A DNA stretch of 29,354 nucleotides from Fibrobacteria bacterium (GCA_043745805.1 JAYTSD010000049.1:1-29354); one strand, 5' to 3'; positions 19,418 through 27,868 are shown, numbered from the stretch's first letter. The notes: a model not told the origin generated them from the sequence alone. Numbers and translations are program-made.

Positions 19418-19818
19418 AATATTTATTAGACACAAATATTTGCATTTATGTCATTAATGGTCGCGACAAAAAAATTATTCCGAAAATCCAAAAAATAGGT
19501 TTTGAAAACATTTTCATTTCTTCCATTACCATTGCGGAATTGGAATACGGGATTGCAAACAGTTCAAAACCTATTGAATCCAGGATTGCCTTATTGGAAT
19601 TTCTCTTGCCTTTTGATATTCTGGATTTTACCGCGGAATGTTGCCCTCATTATGGGAAAATAAGGAAGACCCTCAAAACTAAAGGTGTTTTAATCGGCAA
19701 TATGGATTTGCTGATTGCATCCATAGCATTGGCGCGTAAACTAATTGTGGTGACCAACAATTTGCATGAATTTGAAAGAGTACCTGATCTGAAATCCGTG
19801 AATTGGTTTGGAAAATAA
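19414..19818 (+). CDS. vapC: PIN-domain ribonuclease toxin VapC
   Basis: YLLDTNICIY, SSITIAELEYG, IGNMDLLIAS, VTNN.HEFERV. Confidence 0.95.
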   Translation: MKYLLDTNICIYVINGRDKKIIPKIQKIGFENIFISSITIAELEYGIANSSKPIESRIALLEFLLPFDILDFTAECCPHYGKIRKTLKTKGVLIGNMDLLIASIALARKLIVVTNNLHEFERVPDLKSVNWFGK

Positions 19819-19842
19819 AAAACGGCCTTGAAGTCAAGGCCG
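19812..19842 (-). terminator. Intrinsic terminator between the convergent vapC and VIT-like gene
   Basis: Perfect stem CGGCCTTG-AAGT-CAAGGCCG (19823-19842) followed on the minus strand by TTTTTTATTTT. Confidence 0.8.
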
Positions 19843-19870
19843 ATAAAAGAATATGGATGTAAGGACTATT

Positions 19871-22192
19871 TTACAGCGCAATCCTCTTTATACCTTGTAG
19901 GCCAGCGACCCGAATTTTCAATACATAAATTCCCGCTTGAATAGTGGAAGCATTGAAGCGCAATAAGCCTGTTTCCGCTTGGATATTCCAATTCCCAAAA
20001 CGCTTGCCAGTCAAATCATAAACCTCAACCTCCACTTTTAAATCACTTGCCAGTCCGGGAATACGTAGCACTATCATACCCTCACGGGATTTTTCCAATT
20101 TCCAAGCGGAAGGATTGGAGAGCGTATTAGTAATAGCCTCAATAGATGTAGGAAGGTCTATTACTTGACCCTCTTTATAATTTGGTAAAATGGTGAGCAA
20201 ATTGGCATTGGAAATGCGTGGTACGCCAGAATCACTATACGTCTTCACATTTGCGGGATTGAGTGAATCTTTTTCTAAAGCCAATAAACTTGCCCAACGA
20301 TCCACAAAGCCATAGATTGGGCCTAAGGGTAATTCTTTCTTTTCGGAAAATGGTGAAGTAGAGCCGGCCCAAAGAATAGCAATAGCCGTATCATTCGCAT
20401 GCTCGATAATTTTCGGCCCTGTTTTTCCTGCACCTAGAGGTTTTCCTTTTTGATCAAAGGCCTGCCACTCTAAGGAATCTTGCCAAGTAACATCCGACTT
20501 ACCATGAAAGGTTAAAGTGCCGCAAGAAAGGCTTAATCCACCTTGGCAATTGACTCCAAAGTCATAAGCATTTTTAGCATTGCGTACAGTAACATTGAGG
20601 TTAAGGGGAGCAAAGCTTGGCATGTCCGTCCAACCCGTCCACGTTTTAGCGCCTTGATAATTATGTGCTCTTTGCGCATTCCAAAAATCAAAACCGGCTT
20701 GATTATAACTATTGCCATTGACGCCGGAAATACTAATAGGTTTGTCTTGAAACATCGAATCGATCACAGCATTCATATCATTATTATCCAGCACATAATC
20801 GGCACCAGCAGTAATCATCAATAGATGACGCGTAACACCGGTTTCAGGTGAATACAAAGTTTTGACTAAGCGTAAATTGGAATAGAATTTGTCTTTGCTG
20901 ATTTTAGCGTTCGCTACCAAAGACCCTGGTTTGGGGTTTACAATGGCTTTAATATTATGCGCAAAGGTGCTGACATAATCACCCTGCACGGTGTGTAAAT
21001 AATCCGTGGCTTGTTGATAAGCCGCTTCACCCTTGGCGCCTACGGCAAAAGCATGTACGGCATTACGGGAATCATCATGTAATAAACCAATTTTATTTCC
21101 TAAGCCACCCATTTGATCATATAAGTTCATAATATTGGCGGCTTGCGATTGAGCTTCCCAAACCGAGGGACCATTCTCTTCCCCCCATGAATATTTTTGC
21201 ACCCATGTTCCTGGATTATGCCATTTCCAAAATACCACGACTTCAATACGTTGATGCAAAGACTTAAGTACCTCATCGGTTACCCCAGTATAGAGATTCA
21301 AATAATTGCCTGCCATATTCCCGTTCGCGAAAGAGGTTTTCACCATCACCTGATGCATTGGATCAATCGGTAAAATGCGGATGCCGGTTTGTAAAATATT
21401 TTGAAATAGTTCATTAGACCATACATATTGGTCGGGGCCAAGAGCAGCAGGCGCAAGTAGGCGCGTGCGTGGCAAGCCCATTTCAATACGCGAAGGTGAG
21501 CCATCGCCCGTGGTTTGGCTGCCGTCCACAAAAATCACTTTATTTACTTCAGAACTATTTTCCAAAGTTAAAGAAATTTTTAAATCTGCATCATTAAATA
21601 AAGGAATCACCGCCGCTTTCAAAGCGATTTCCAAACCCTCGGTGGAAATTTTGGGAGGCAATTGATAACGCAAACGAAAGCGACGTGTATGGCCTAATTC
21701 CACTGGGTATATTTTGAATTGATAAGTGTCTTTTCCGGTTAGGGTAACAATTAGCGGATCACGGGGACGTGGAGGTGGTAATTTATTTCTATCGACCAAA
21801 TCTTCATAAAGACTATCGGAAATGTTTCTATCTAAAAGTTTACCTTGCAAAATATTATCGCCATCCCAAGCTAAAGCGCCAGTAATCACGGCTCCCGGAG
21901 GTAAAGTAAAATTTCCACTGATCTCCAAAGTTTTCGCATCGCCACCTGACTGCACCACACCCACGGTACCGATTTCAATATCTTCTTCCATATCTAAATA
22001 GGCAGGAAAAACTTTGGCCTTAACTGTACCGCGCACCAAATTACATTCACCAGTAGAATAGCCTTCACCATTAATTGCAAAATGGGTGGTTTGCCAAGAC
22101 ACTTGGGCTTGCAAGGATAATGCCGTTAGGCCCGCAAGGATTAGACCTCGGTTTATTGTTCGTGAAGGTTTAAAAATAAAATCCATGCGCAT
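19871..22192 (-). CDS. Secreted protein with an N-terminal VIT-like domain and a C-terminal T9SS type-A-like sorting domain
   Basis: Signal peptide ending SLQA|Q. VIT-like F.LPPGAVITG...YEDLV...RDP...FKIYPV...RRFRLRY. Tail VEVYDLTGK...AGIYVLKI...IKRIAL. AAGGAG RBS. Confidence 0.75.
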   Translation of the reverse strand: MRMDFIFKPSRTINRGLILAGLTALSLQAQVSWQTTHFAINGEGYSTGECNLVRGTVKAKVFPAYLDMEEDIEIGTVGVVQSGGDAKTLEISGNFTLPPGAVITGALAWDGDNILQGKLLDRNISDSLYEDLVDRNKLPPPRPRDPLIVTLTGKDTYQFKIYPVELGHTRRFRLRYQLPPKISTEGLEIALKAAVIPLFNDADLKISLTLENSSEVNKVIFVDGSQTTGDGSPSRIEMGLPRTRLLAPAALGPDQYVWSNELFQNILQTGIRILPIDPMHQVMVKTSFANGNMAGNYLNLYTGVTDEVLKSLHQRIEVVVFWKWHNPGTWVQKYSWGEENGPSVWEAQSQAANIMNLYDQMGGLGNKIGLLHDDSRNAVHAFAVGAKGEAAYQQATDYLHTVQGDYVSTFAHNIKAIVNPKPGSLVANAKISKDKFYSNLRLVKTLYSPETGVTRHLLMITAGADYVLDNNDMNAVIDSMFQDKPISISGVNGNSYNQAGFDFWNAQRAHNYQGAKTWTGWTDMPSFAPLNLNVTVRNAKNAYDFGVNCQGGLSLSCGTLTFHGKSDVTWQDSLEWQAFDQKGKPLGAGKTGPKIIEHANDTAIAILWAGSTSPFSEKKELPLGPIYGFVDRWASLLALEKDSLNPANVKTYSDSGVPRISNANLLTILPNYKEGQVIDLPTSIEAITNTLSNPSAWKLEKSREGMIVLRIPGLASDLKVEVEVYDLTGKRFGNWNIQAETGLLRFNASTIQAGIYVLKIRVAGLQGIKRIAL

Positions 22193-22677
22193 AAAAAAAT
22201 CTCCTTAGTCCTGTGTTTCGCAATGTCAAAAATTAGACGAAATCTATATTCAAAATGATAAAGCAAAATGTGCGCCTATTCATAATAAAGTATTTTCACT
22301 AAAACTTGCTTTCGCAGGGACTTAAAATAGCATGAAGGAAGAAAAACGGTCAAGACTTGCTATGCAAAAATTGACCATTGATGAAGTTTAATGCTAGCGT
22401 AGGTTAATTACTAATCGACTGAATCCATTACTTGCTGCTCCATAAACAATCCTTTTGCTTAGGTGCAATATATTGACGACCATTCAAATCGATATAGGCT
22501 TCAGCGGGAATTTTGTGCGCAATATTAGTACCGGTTATTAACTCAAATACCGATAGACGCTAATAATAAAAGTTTTGGACAGAAATTGTGGAATAAATCC
22601 AAGGTCATGGAAGACGATAAGGTAACACAGGAGATACATAGGCTTGGAGACCAAAATCTCTGGGATACTCAAATCAG

Positions 22678-22714
22678 TGTAAAAAATTATCCTTGAAGGT
22701 CGATGAAATTTACA
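22678..22714 (+). promoter_or_regulatory. Putative enhancer (PEP-CTERM-box-like) for a sigma54 activator
   Basis: TGTAAAAAA at 22678 and the 17-mer GGTCGATGAAATTTACA at 22698-22714 (TGT-N11-ACA-like, one mismatch), 64 bp upstream of the sigma54 motif. Confidence 0.55.
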
Positions 22715-22761
22715 ATCTTTGAAAATAACCTCGAATTTCAGCCTAAGAAATGACCCTATGG

Positions 22762-22777
22762 TGGCATGCTGGTCGCT
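22762..22777 (+). promoter_or_regulatory. Sigma54 (-24/-12) promoter of the PEP-CTERM gene
   Basis: TGGCATGCTGGTCGCT: GG (22763-64), N10, GC (22775-76), about 30 nt before the ATG at 22808. Confidence 0.7.
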
Positions 22778-22807
22778 TTAAATGAGGTTATAAAAAAAGG
22801 AACCTAC

Positions 22808-23365
22808 ATGAAATTCGGTATAAAAATTTTTGTCTTGGCGGCTTTCGTCGGAGCAATGCAACCCGCCTCCGCCTCACCTGTTTATTACTCTTTCCAAGGA
22901 ACGGTAAACACTTCAAATTTCGCTGACCATGCCGTTGGGAAAGCGGTTAACTACACCGTCATGGTTGATCAAGCAACCGATGGCTACTATCATGACGCAG
23001 GCGTAACAGTATACACTTACAACGATTATAATAATGGGTTCGGTTACACGGTTGACTTTTTTCTAGCTGAATATGTTAGTGGAGATGCACTTTCCAACAA
23101 TGAAGTTGGTTCACCTTATCTATACGATTATCATCTTGGGTATAACCAAAATTCTATTGGTACTATCAACGGTGTTGTGATTGGAAGTAATCCCAATAAC
23201 ACCTACAACAATAACTATGCAAGTACCTATGTCTACTCCGACCTGACTCTAATCGGCATTTCACAGGACGCTCCTGGAGCCCTTCCCGAACCTTCGACTT
23301 GGGCCCTATTTGATTTTGGCTTGATTGGCATGGGAGTCTTGACCCGCAAGCATCGATTGGCTTAG
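22808..23365 (+). CDS. PEP-CTERM sorting domain-containing exported protein
   Basis: Signal peptide MKFGIKIFVLAAFVGAMQPASA; Y/N/S/T-rich body; C-terminal LPEPSTWALF...TM...RKHR. The alternative ATG at 22766 falls inside the sigma54 motif, and AAGGA precedes 22808. Confidence 0.88.
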   Translation: MKFGIKIFVLAAFVGAMQPASASPVYYSFQGTVNTSNFADHAVGKAVNYTVMVDQATDGYYHDAGVTVYTYNDYNNGFGYTVDFFLAEYVSGDALSNNEVGSPYLYDYHLGYNQNSIGTINGVVIGSNPNNTYNNNYASTYVYSDLTLIGISQDAPGALPEPSTWALFDFGLIGMGVLTRKHRLA

Positions 23366-23372
23366 GCCGGCT

Positions 23373-24074
23373 CTACTGAGGTGTTATATGTCGAAAACCT
23401 TTAATAAAAAACACCTCTAAGGAATCATTCTCCAAATAACCTTTTACTGGATTACCCGAAAGACGGAAGGCTACATTTTCATTGTCCCAATATTTGTCAA
23501 AGCCATTCGCTTCGATTTCCTTTTGCCTTATACCGTGATGGAACTCACAAGTTGCCTCGCCATTGCGTGTTTTGATTTGGGTAATATTTATTTTTCCTGT
23601 AAAGAGTTGCTTAGGCCAAAAATCCCCCTGGCTATGGGTGAATACCAACCATAATCGCCTTATATGCTGATCATTGACGGGATGATTAAAAAGCATCTCC
23701 GCCGCAATGCCCAAACTATCCCAAACCACCATGCCACCTGATCTATCCAGTTTACGCGAAGGCTTGCCTAATATTTTTGTCCATTCCGTAAGCGAAGCGC
23801 CAAAGGGCATCGCTTTACCATTAAGTGTTAAGCTATCGCCAATCAATTGAAAACAAGGGCCGCTTCCACAGACAAATTTTTCTTTGGGTTTTGATTCCAT
23901 TGATTTTGATGGAGGCATCACTTGCAAAACTTCCTTTGATTTTTCCACTTTTTTTCCGTACATAAAGAGTACCACAACGGCAATAAACACTATTATTACC
24001 ATTAATACAAAAGCGACCATTATCAATTTAATAATTCCGATAATTTTCAAAATTTTTTGTATAAAATTCTTCAT
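23373..24074 (-). CDS. Membrane-anchored hypothetical protein, candidate immunity protein (paralog 2)
   Basis: Long N-terminal TM; shares NG...F.....W.K.LG.PS...W.SLG and F.GKI with the upstream gene; starts 1 nt after its stop. Confidence 0.6.
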   Translation of the reverse strand: MKNFIQKILKIIGIIKLIMVAFVLMVIIVFIAVVVLFMYGKKVEKSKEVLQVMPPSKSMESKPKEKFVCGSGPCFQLIGDSLTLNGKAMPFGASLTEWTKILGKPSRKLDRSGGMVVWDSLGIAAEMLFNHPVNDQHIRRLWLVFTHSQGDFWPKQLFTGKINITQIKTRNGEATCEFHHGIRQKEIEANGFDKYWDNENVAFRLSGNPVKGYLENDSLEVFFIKGFRHITPQ

Positions 24075-24075
24075 A

Positions 24076-24822
24076 TTAATCAGCTACTGTCAGTGTCATA
24101 TATTCAAAGTAATAGTTACATACATCTTTAGTTGAAGAGGAATAAATGGGAATATGCCCAAAATATCGGGTAACCGAAGTATTCTTGCCTTTTGCCAATT
24201 TCGAATTTTCGGGGCAGCGAAGAAAAACTTCTAAGTTCATATTAAAGCCATCTTGACCAAAAAGAAACATATAACCAAAAGCAGGATGCTGTCCAGATTC
24301 AGCATCAATAAAGGTTTTATTAGAGTCGATAGCCTTTTGTAAAGCACGGTAATGCGGAGTTCTTGACTCTAGTACGATGCCTTGTAAAATAATTTTTCCC
24401 GGAAAGCCATGGTCGAGATCGTGCTCTACATGACGATAATAGCGATCTGATTCGGAAAATTCGGTTACGTCACGTAACCATATTTTCAAGCCGCTAATAT
24501 AAACTCGCCCATCAATAGCTGAACTAACAAAAACACGCAGCCCTAAACTTTCCCAAATATATTCAGAATTGTTTTTATCGATTAAAATTTTGCTTGGCGG
24601 ACCCAATACCTTAATCCAGGTTTCCACTCTATCCATAAATCGAAGTGTGTTTCCATTGTAGCGAAGAATATTTCCGTCAATTTCCAAAGTGGGTAAAGAG
24701 GTGCTTTTTTTCAAACTCATATTAGGAGAATGAATAGAATCTGAACCAAATATTTGTGATATAAATATCATTATTAAGGTTATTAGGAGGCTTATTTTCC
24801 AAAGAATAGTTTTCAACTTCAT
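24076..24822 (-). CDS. Exported or membrane-anchored hypothetical protein, candidate immunity protein (paralog 1)
   Basis: N-terminal hydrophobic segment; ATGA overlap with the HET-C toxin gene; paralogous to the downstream gene. Confidence 0.6.
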   Translation of the reverse strand: MKLKTILWKISLLITLIMIFISQIFGSDSIHSPNMSLKKSTSLPTLEIDGNILRYNGNTLRFMDRVETWIKVLGPPSKILIDKNNSEYIWESLGLRVFVSSAIDGRVYISGLKIWLRDVTEFSESDRYYRHVEHDLDHGFPGKIILQGIVLESRTPHYRALQKAIDSNKTFIDAESGQHPAFGYMFLFGQDGFNMNLEVFLRCPENSKLAKGKNTSVTRYFGHIPIYSSSTKDVCNYYFEYMTLTVAD

Positions 24823-27734
24823 GCTAGTTTTAAAAGTGAAACCAAGCGGTCGGCATTCTTTTCATCGAAGGCATACATCTCTCTAGCTTCTTGCAAAGTT
24901 TTCTCCCTCTCAGCATGTACCTCCGCTAAAAAGCGTGCTTCGGAATGAGCTTTATCTAATAAAGGAATGATCGCAGGTTTTGCTTTCGCAAAATCCTTAA
25001 TCATTCCTAGGAGTATTGCAGGACCCGTTGCTAAGGTATCGTCTATATCATCTGGATGAATAAAATATTTAAGTGCTTCAATGACCACTTGATCAGGAGT
25101 ATTTTTTCCTTGCCAGCCATCACGCATAAATGTGCCAACATCTCTAACGGCTTCCTTTGCACAAAGAGCGGCAATGGAATGAAGTAGATTATCATCATGA
25201 TCTTTGGCAATCATGCTATGTGAAGGACAAGTAGAATTTGGATTCTTCAAAACTTCCCTTTCAAACTTACCAATTTCCTTAACTCGCTCGCGCATGGTAG
25301 CCCCAACTAATGCGCGTAATTTATCCATGAGTGGCTTGGTGGAATGGCACATAAAAGTCATAAATTTTGGATATTTTTCTTCTAATTTCTTAGCTTGCGT
25401 AAACAAGGATTCAATGGCACCACCGCCATCTTCCGTAAGCAACTTTAATAAATTTATGGCCAATACCGATGCTGGAGAAAAAACACCGGTTTCGCATTCA
25501 ATATCCTTTTCTAATCCTTCGCCTATAGCACTTATACCACTAATACCCGCATCATATAAGGCGAAGTTACCCGTAACCATGGGGATGCGAATTTGAGGTT
25601 TTCCATTACGGATTACGGTAATACGCGCGAGTTCGCCTATCCAAGGATGCACATTTTTATGGCCTAACCGAATAAGAGCTAATTCCACAAAATTACTATG
25701 TGCGTAAAGGTCTTCCAAGGTATGTAAAGCTTGTCCCAATAACCGCCTTCCTTCGGGGTTATAACCTTGTGCCAATGCCGCGCGCAAACTTTTCTCTACA
25801 AAATCGACTGCCGTCACAAAACCCTTACCTCGCGTGGCTATATATGCCTTAACACCTGTATTAGGATCCACATCAATTTCACCAGGAGCAACAGGGCCAT
25901 GAAATAAAGGATCAATAGCCGATCCATCGGTTATGCCTTGAGGATTGTCTATATGTTCTTCAGGGCGATAAACCCCACAATTGGCCAAGGTAACATGGAA
26001 AATACCTGAAGCATGCGCCGAAGGTGTAGCCGCTTTATCAAATTCTGACTTAGCACGTAAATCCAAATAATCCGTCATTATTTGTCGCGCTTTAGCCCCT
26101 TTTTTTATATAGGGGTTTTGGAAAATCACCAACCATCCTGGATCCAAAAATTGGGAATAATCTCTTAACCAATTTCCAAAATAAATTTCATCTCGATTTC
26201 TGAAACCCGAATTATTTTGATAGAAAATTTTATCTGCATCTCCTAACCCATCTTCAATACTCTGATGCCCAAACGAATCACCGGGATTCTGCACGTTTTT
26301 GGCACCTCGACCAGCTCCAAAAAATTCCAAAGTTTCCTTTTTTGCCTCATCTTGTTGAGTGGGATCGCTTAAATATTGTTTTGCTAAATCATGAAACTCT
26401 TGATAATTCAGAGCTAAAATCACGGACTTGCCATCGTGAGTTAAAGTGGCAAAATTAAACCCAGTATCATCTACATGATTTAATCCTGCGATCGCATAGG
26501 CAAAAAATCCACCTTCTTCTCCAGGCGCATCCCCTCCCACATTGGAATAATGTTTACGGAGCAAGGTATCAATATGATGTCCAAATTCATGCATCAATAA
26601 AGCACAAAGTTCCCCTGCTGAGGCATCATCGGCTTCAGCTGCCAAGGCTATTTCTTCACGCATTCCAATCATACGAGTGGCATTATCGTAGGCGCTATCC
26701 TTCCCTTCAACACCTCCCTGCACCAATTGAATTTCAGGTGGATTTAATTTTTTGTTCTTCAGATCATTGTACAAGGCGTGATAGGCCTCCAAAGGGATAT
26801 CGGATCCATATCCAAGAGTAGCCCATGCTACAAAAACATCTTCTTCCATTTTCGAGGCAACAATTTCAAAACGCTCTAAAGCGTAGCGTGACTCCAGCTT
26901 CGCTATTCCTGATTCTTCACCCAATACGATGTCAATATTATGTCCCACCTGCTTCAACCATGCTGGGTAATCTGTAGATCCCTTAGCGGAAGTCTTTGCA
27001 GCTGGAGCCGGAACAATAGGTCCATCAAAAAAGAAAATCTCCACCCGTCGATTATCAGCATCACGTTTACCATCCGCAGCATTGTCTACCGGAAAGTTTT
27101 CACCGCAACCATGAGTAGTAAGTTTAATAGTATTATTTGCATCTTGCGGCAAAGAGGTGCCGTCAATATTCATATAAGCTTGAATCAACGCCTTATGGGT
27201 TTTGGAACCGGCGATACCATCGTCTTTTAATCCTGCCGAGCTTTGAAAAGCCTTGACTGCCTCTTTGGTTTTTGTATCCTCTTTACCGGTAATATCTTTT
27301 TCCGTTAAAAATTTCTTTGCTGCTCCATCGGGCAAAGCCGATAACATGAATTGAACTTCTTTTATTCCCCACTTTTTTTCCGCGGGCTTATTGTCTCCAA
27401 AAAAAACGTCCCAGGTTTCCACCTTATCTTGCAAATACGCGGCTACGGCTTCCGCGCGTTCCAGAGACAAGCTGAGATTATAATCATCCTTACCTGACGT
27501 ATCAGTATGCCCTACCACCAGTAAATTACTATTAGGATGTAAATCGTATTGCTTTTTAATTTCCTTAATGCCATGCATCGCCGAAGGCAATAAAAAACAT
27601 TTGTTCAAATCAAAAAACATCCCGACCAAACGCACACGGGTTACCCCATTTTTAACGGCAAAAGAGTGGCTTTGTCCAGCTTGAACTTTTACTCCAACAA
27701 CTAACTCACTTGATGTAAAGCTTAAATTCGCCAT
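24819..27734 (-). CDS. Multidomain candidate toxin: OmpA_C-like domain with nested PG_binding_1, HExxH metallopeptidase-like domain, HET-C domain
   Basis: FFD...VVGHTD...YNLSLSLERAEAV...NRRVEI (OmpA_C); AVKAFQSSAGLKDDGIAG (PG_binding_1); LMHEFGHHID...EEG; HET-C motifs FGAG, YFGNWLRDYSQ, GVYRPEEHIDNP, GQALHTLEDLYAHSNFVELAL, PMVTGNF, PSHSMIAKDH. Confidence 0.85.
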   Translation of the reverse strand: MANLSFTSSELVVGVKVQAGQSHSFAVKNGVTRVRLVGMFFDLNKCFLLPSAMHGIKEIKKQYDLHPNSNLLVVGHTDTSGKDDYNLSLSLERAEAVAAYLQDKVETWDVFFGDNKPAEKKWGIKEVQFMLSALPDGAAKKFLTEKDITGKEDTKTKEAVKAFQSSAGLKDDGIAGSKTHKALIQAYMNIDGTSLPQDANNTIKLTTHGCGENFPVDNAADGKRDADNRRVEIFFFDGPIVPAPAAKTSAKGSTDYPAWLKQVGHNIDIVLGEESGIAKLESRYALERFEIVASKMEEDVFVAWATLGYGSDIPLEAYHALYNDLKNKKLNPPEIQLVQGGVEGKDSAYDNATRMIGMREEIALAAEADDASAGELCALLMHEFGHHIDTLLRKHYSNVGGDAPGEEGGFFAYAIAGLNHVDDTGFNFATLTHDGKSVILALNYQEFHDLAKQYLSDPTQQDEAKKETLEFFGAGRGAKNVQNPGDSFGHQSIEDGLGDADKIFYQNNSGFRNRDEIYFGNWLRDYSQFLDPGWLVIFQNPYIKKGAKARQIMTDYLDLRAKSEFDKAATPSAHASGIFHVTLANCGVYRPEEHIDNPQGITDGSAIDPLFHGPVAPGEIDVDPNTGVKAYIATRGKGFVTAVDFVEKSLRAALAQGYNPEGRRLLGQALHTLEDLYAHSNFVELALIRLGHKNVHPWIGELARITVIRNGKPQIRIPMVTGNFALYDAGISGISAIGEGLEKDIECETGVFSPASVLAINLLKLLTEDGGGAIESLFTQAKKLEEKYPKFMTFMCHSTKPLMDKLRALVGATMRERVKEIGKFEREVLKNPNSTCPSHSMIAKDHDDNLLHSIAALCAKEAVRDVGTFMRDGWQGKNTPDQVVIEALKYFIHPDDIDDTLATGPAILLGMIKDFAKAKPAIIPLLDKAHSEARFLAEVHAEREKTLQEAREMYAFDEKNADRLVSLLKLA

Positions 27735-27868
27735 ATCCTTTTTTCCTAGGAAAATTTTTGTATAACCGAAAAGTCCAAGTCAATTTATGAATGACTTTGC
27801 CAATATGAAATCGAGTTCATAAGAATAGTAAAGCGCGCATAAGTCGTACATAGAAGATATCGCCTAGA

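Noticed and set aside
22328..22376. Short overlapping inverted repeats (TAGCA/TGCTA, GGTCAA/TTGACC) in the long intergenic region
   Set aside because: Arms of 5-6 bp are expected by chance; no recognisable ncRNA or riboswitch consensus.
22428..22559. 43-codon open minus-strand frame containing YIDLNGRQ, reminiscent of a secretion-tail fragment
   Set aside because: No suitable upstream start (preceded directly by TAG) and only a short motif resemblance; too weak to call a pseudogene.
22766..22807. 14-codon N-terminal extension of the PEP-CTERM ORF
   Set aside because: That ATG lies inside the sigma54 motif; the RBS and signal peptide fit the ATG at 22808.
104..27230. Numerous short alternative-frame or antisense ORFs in the track (e.g. 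4712-5164, 15739-16275, 17121-17720, 25204-25596)
   Set aside because: They lie within well-supported genes and show no recognisable motifs; treated as shadow ORFs.
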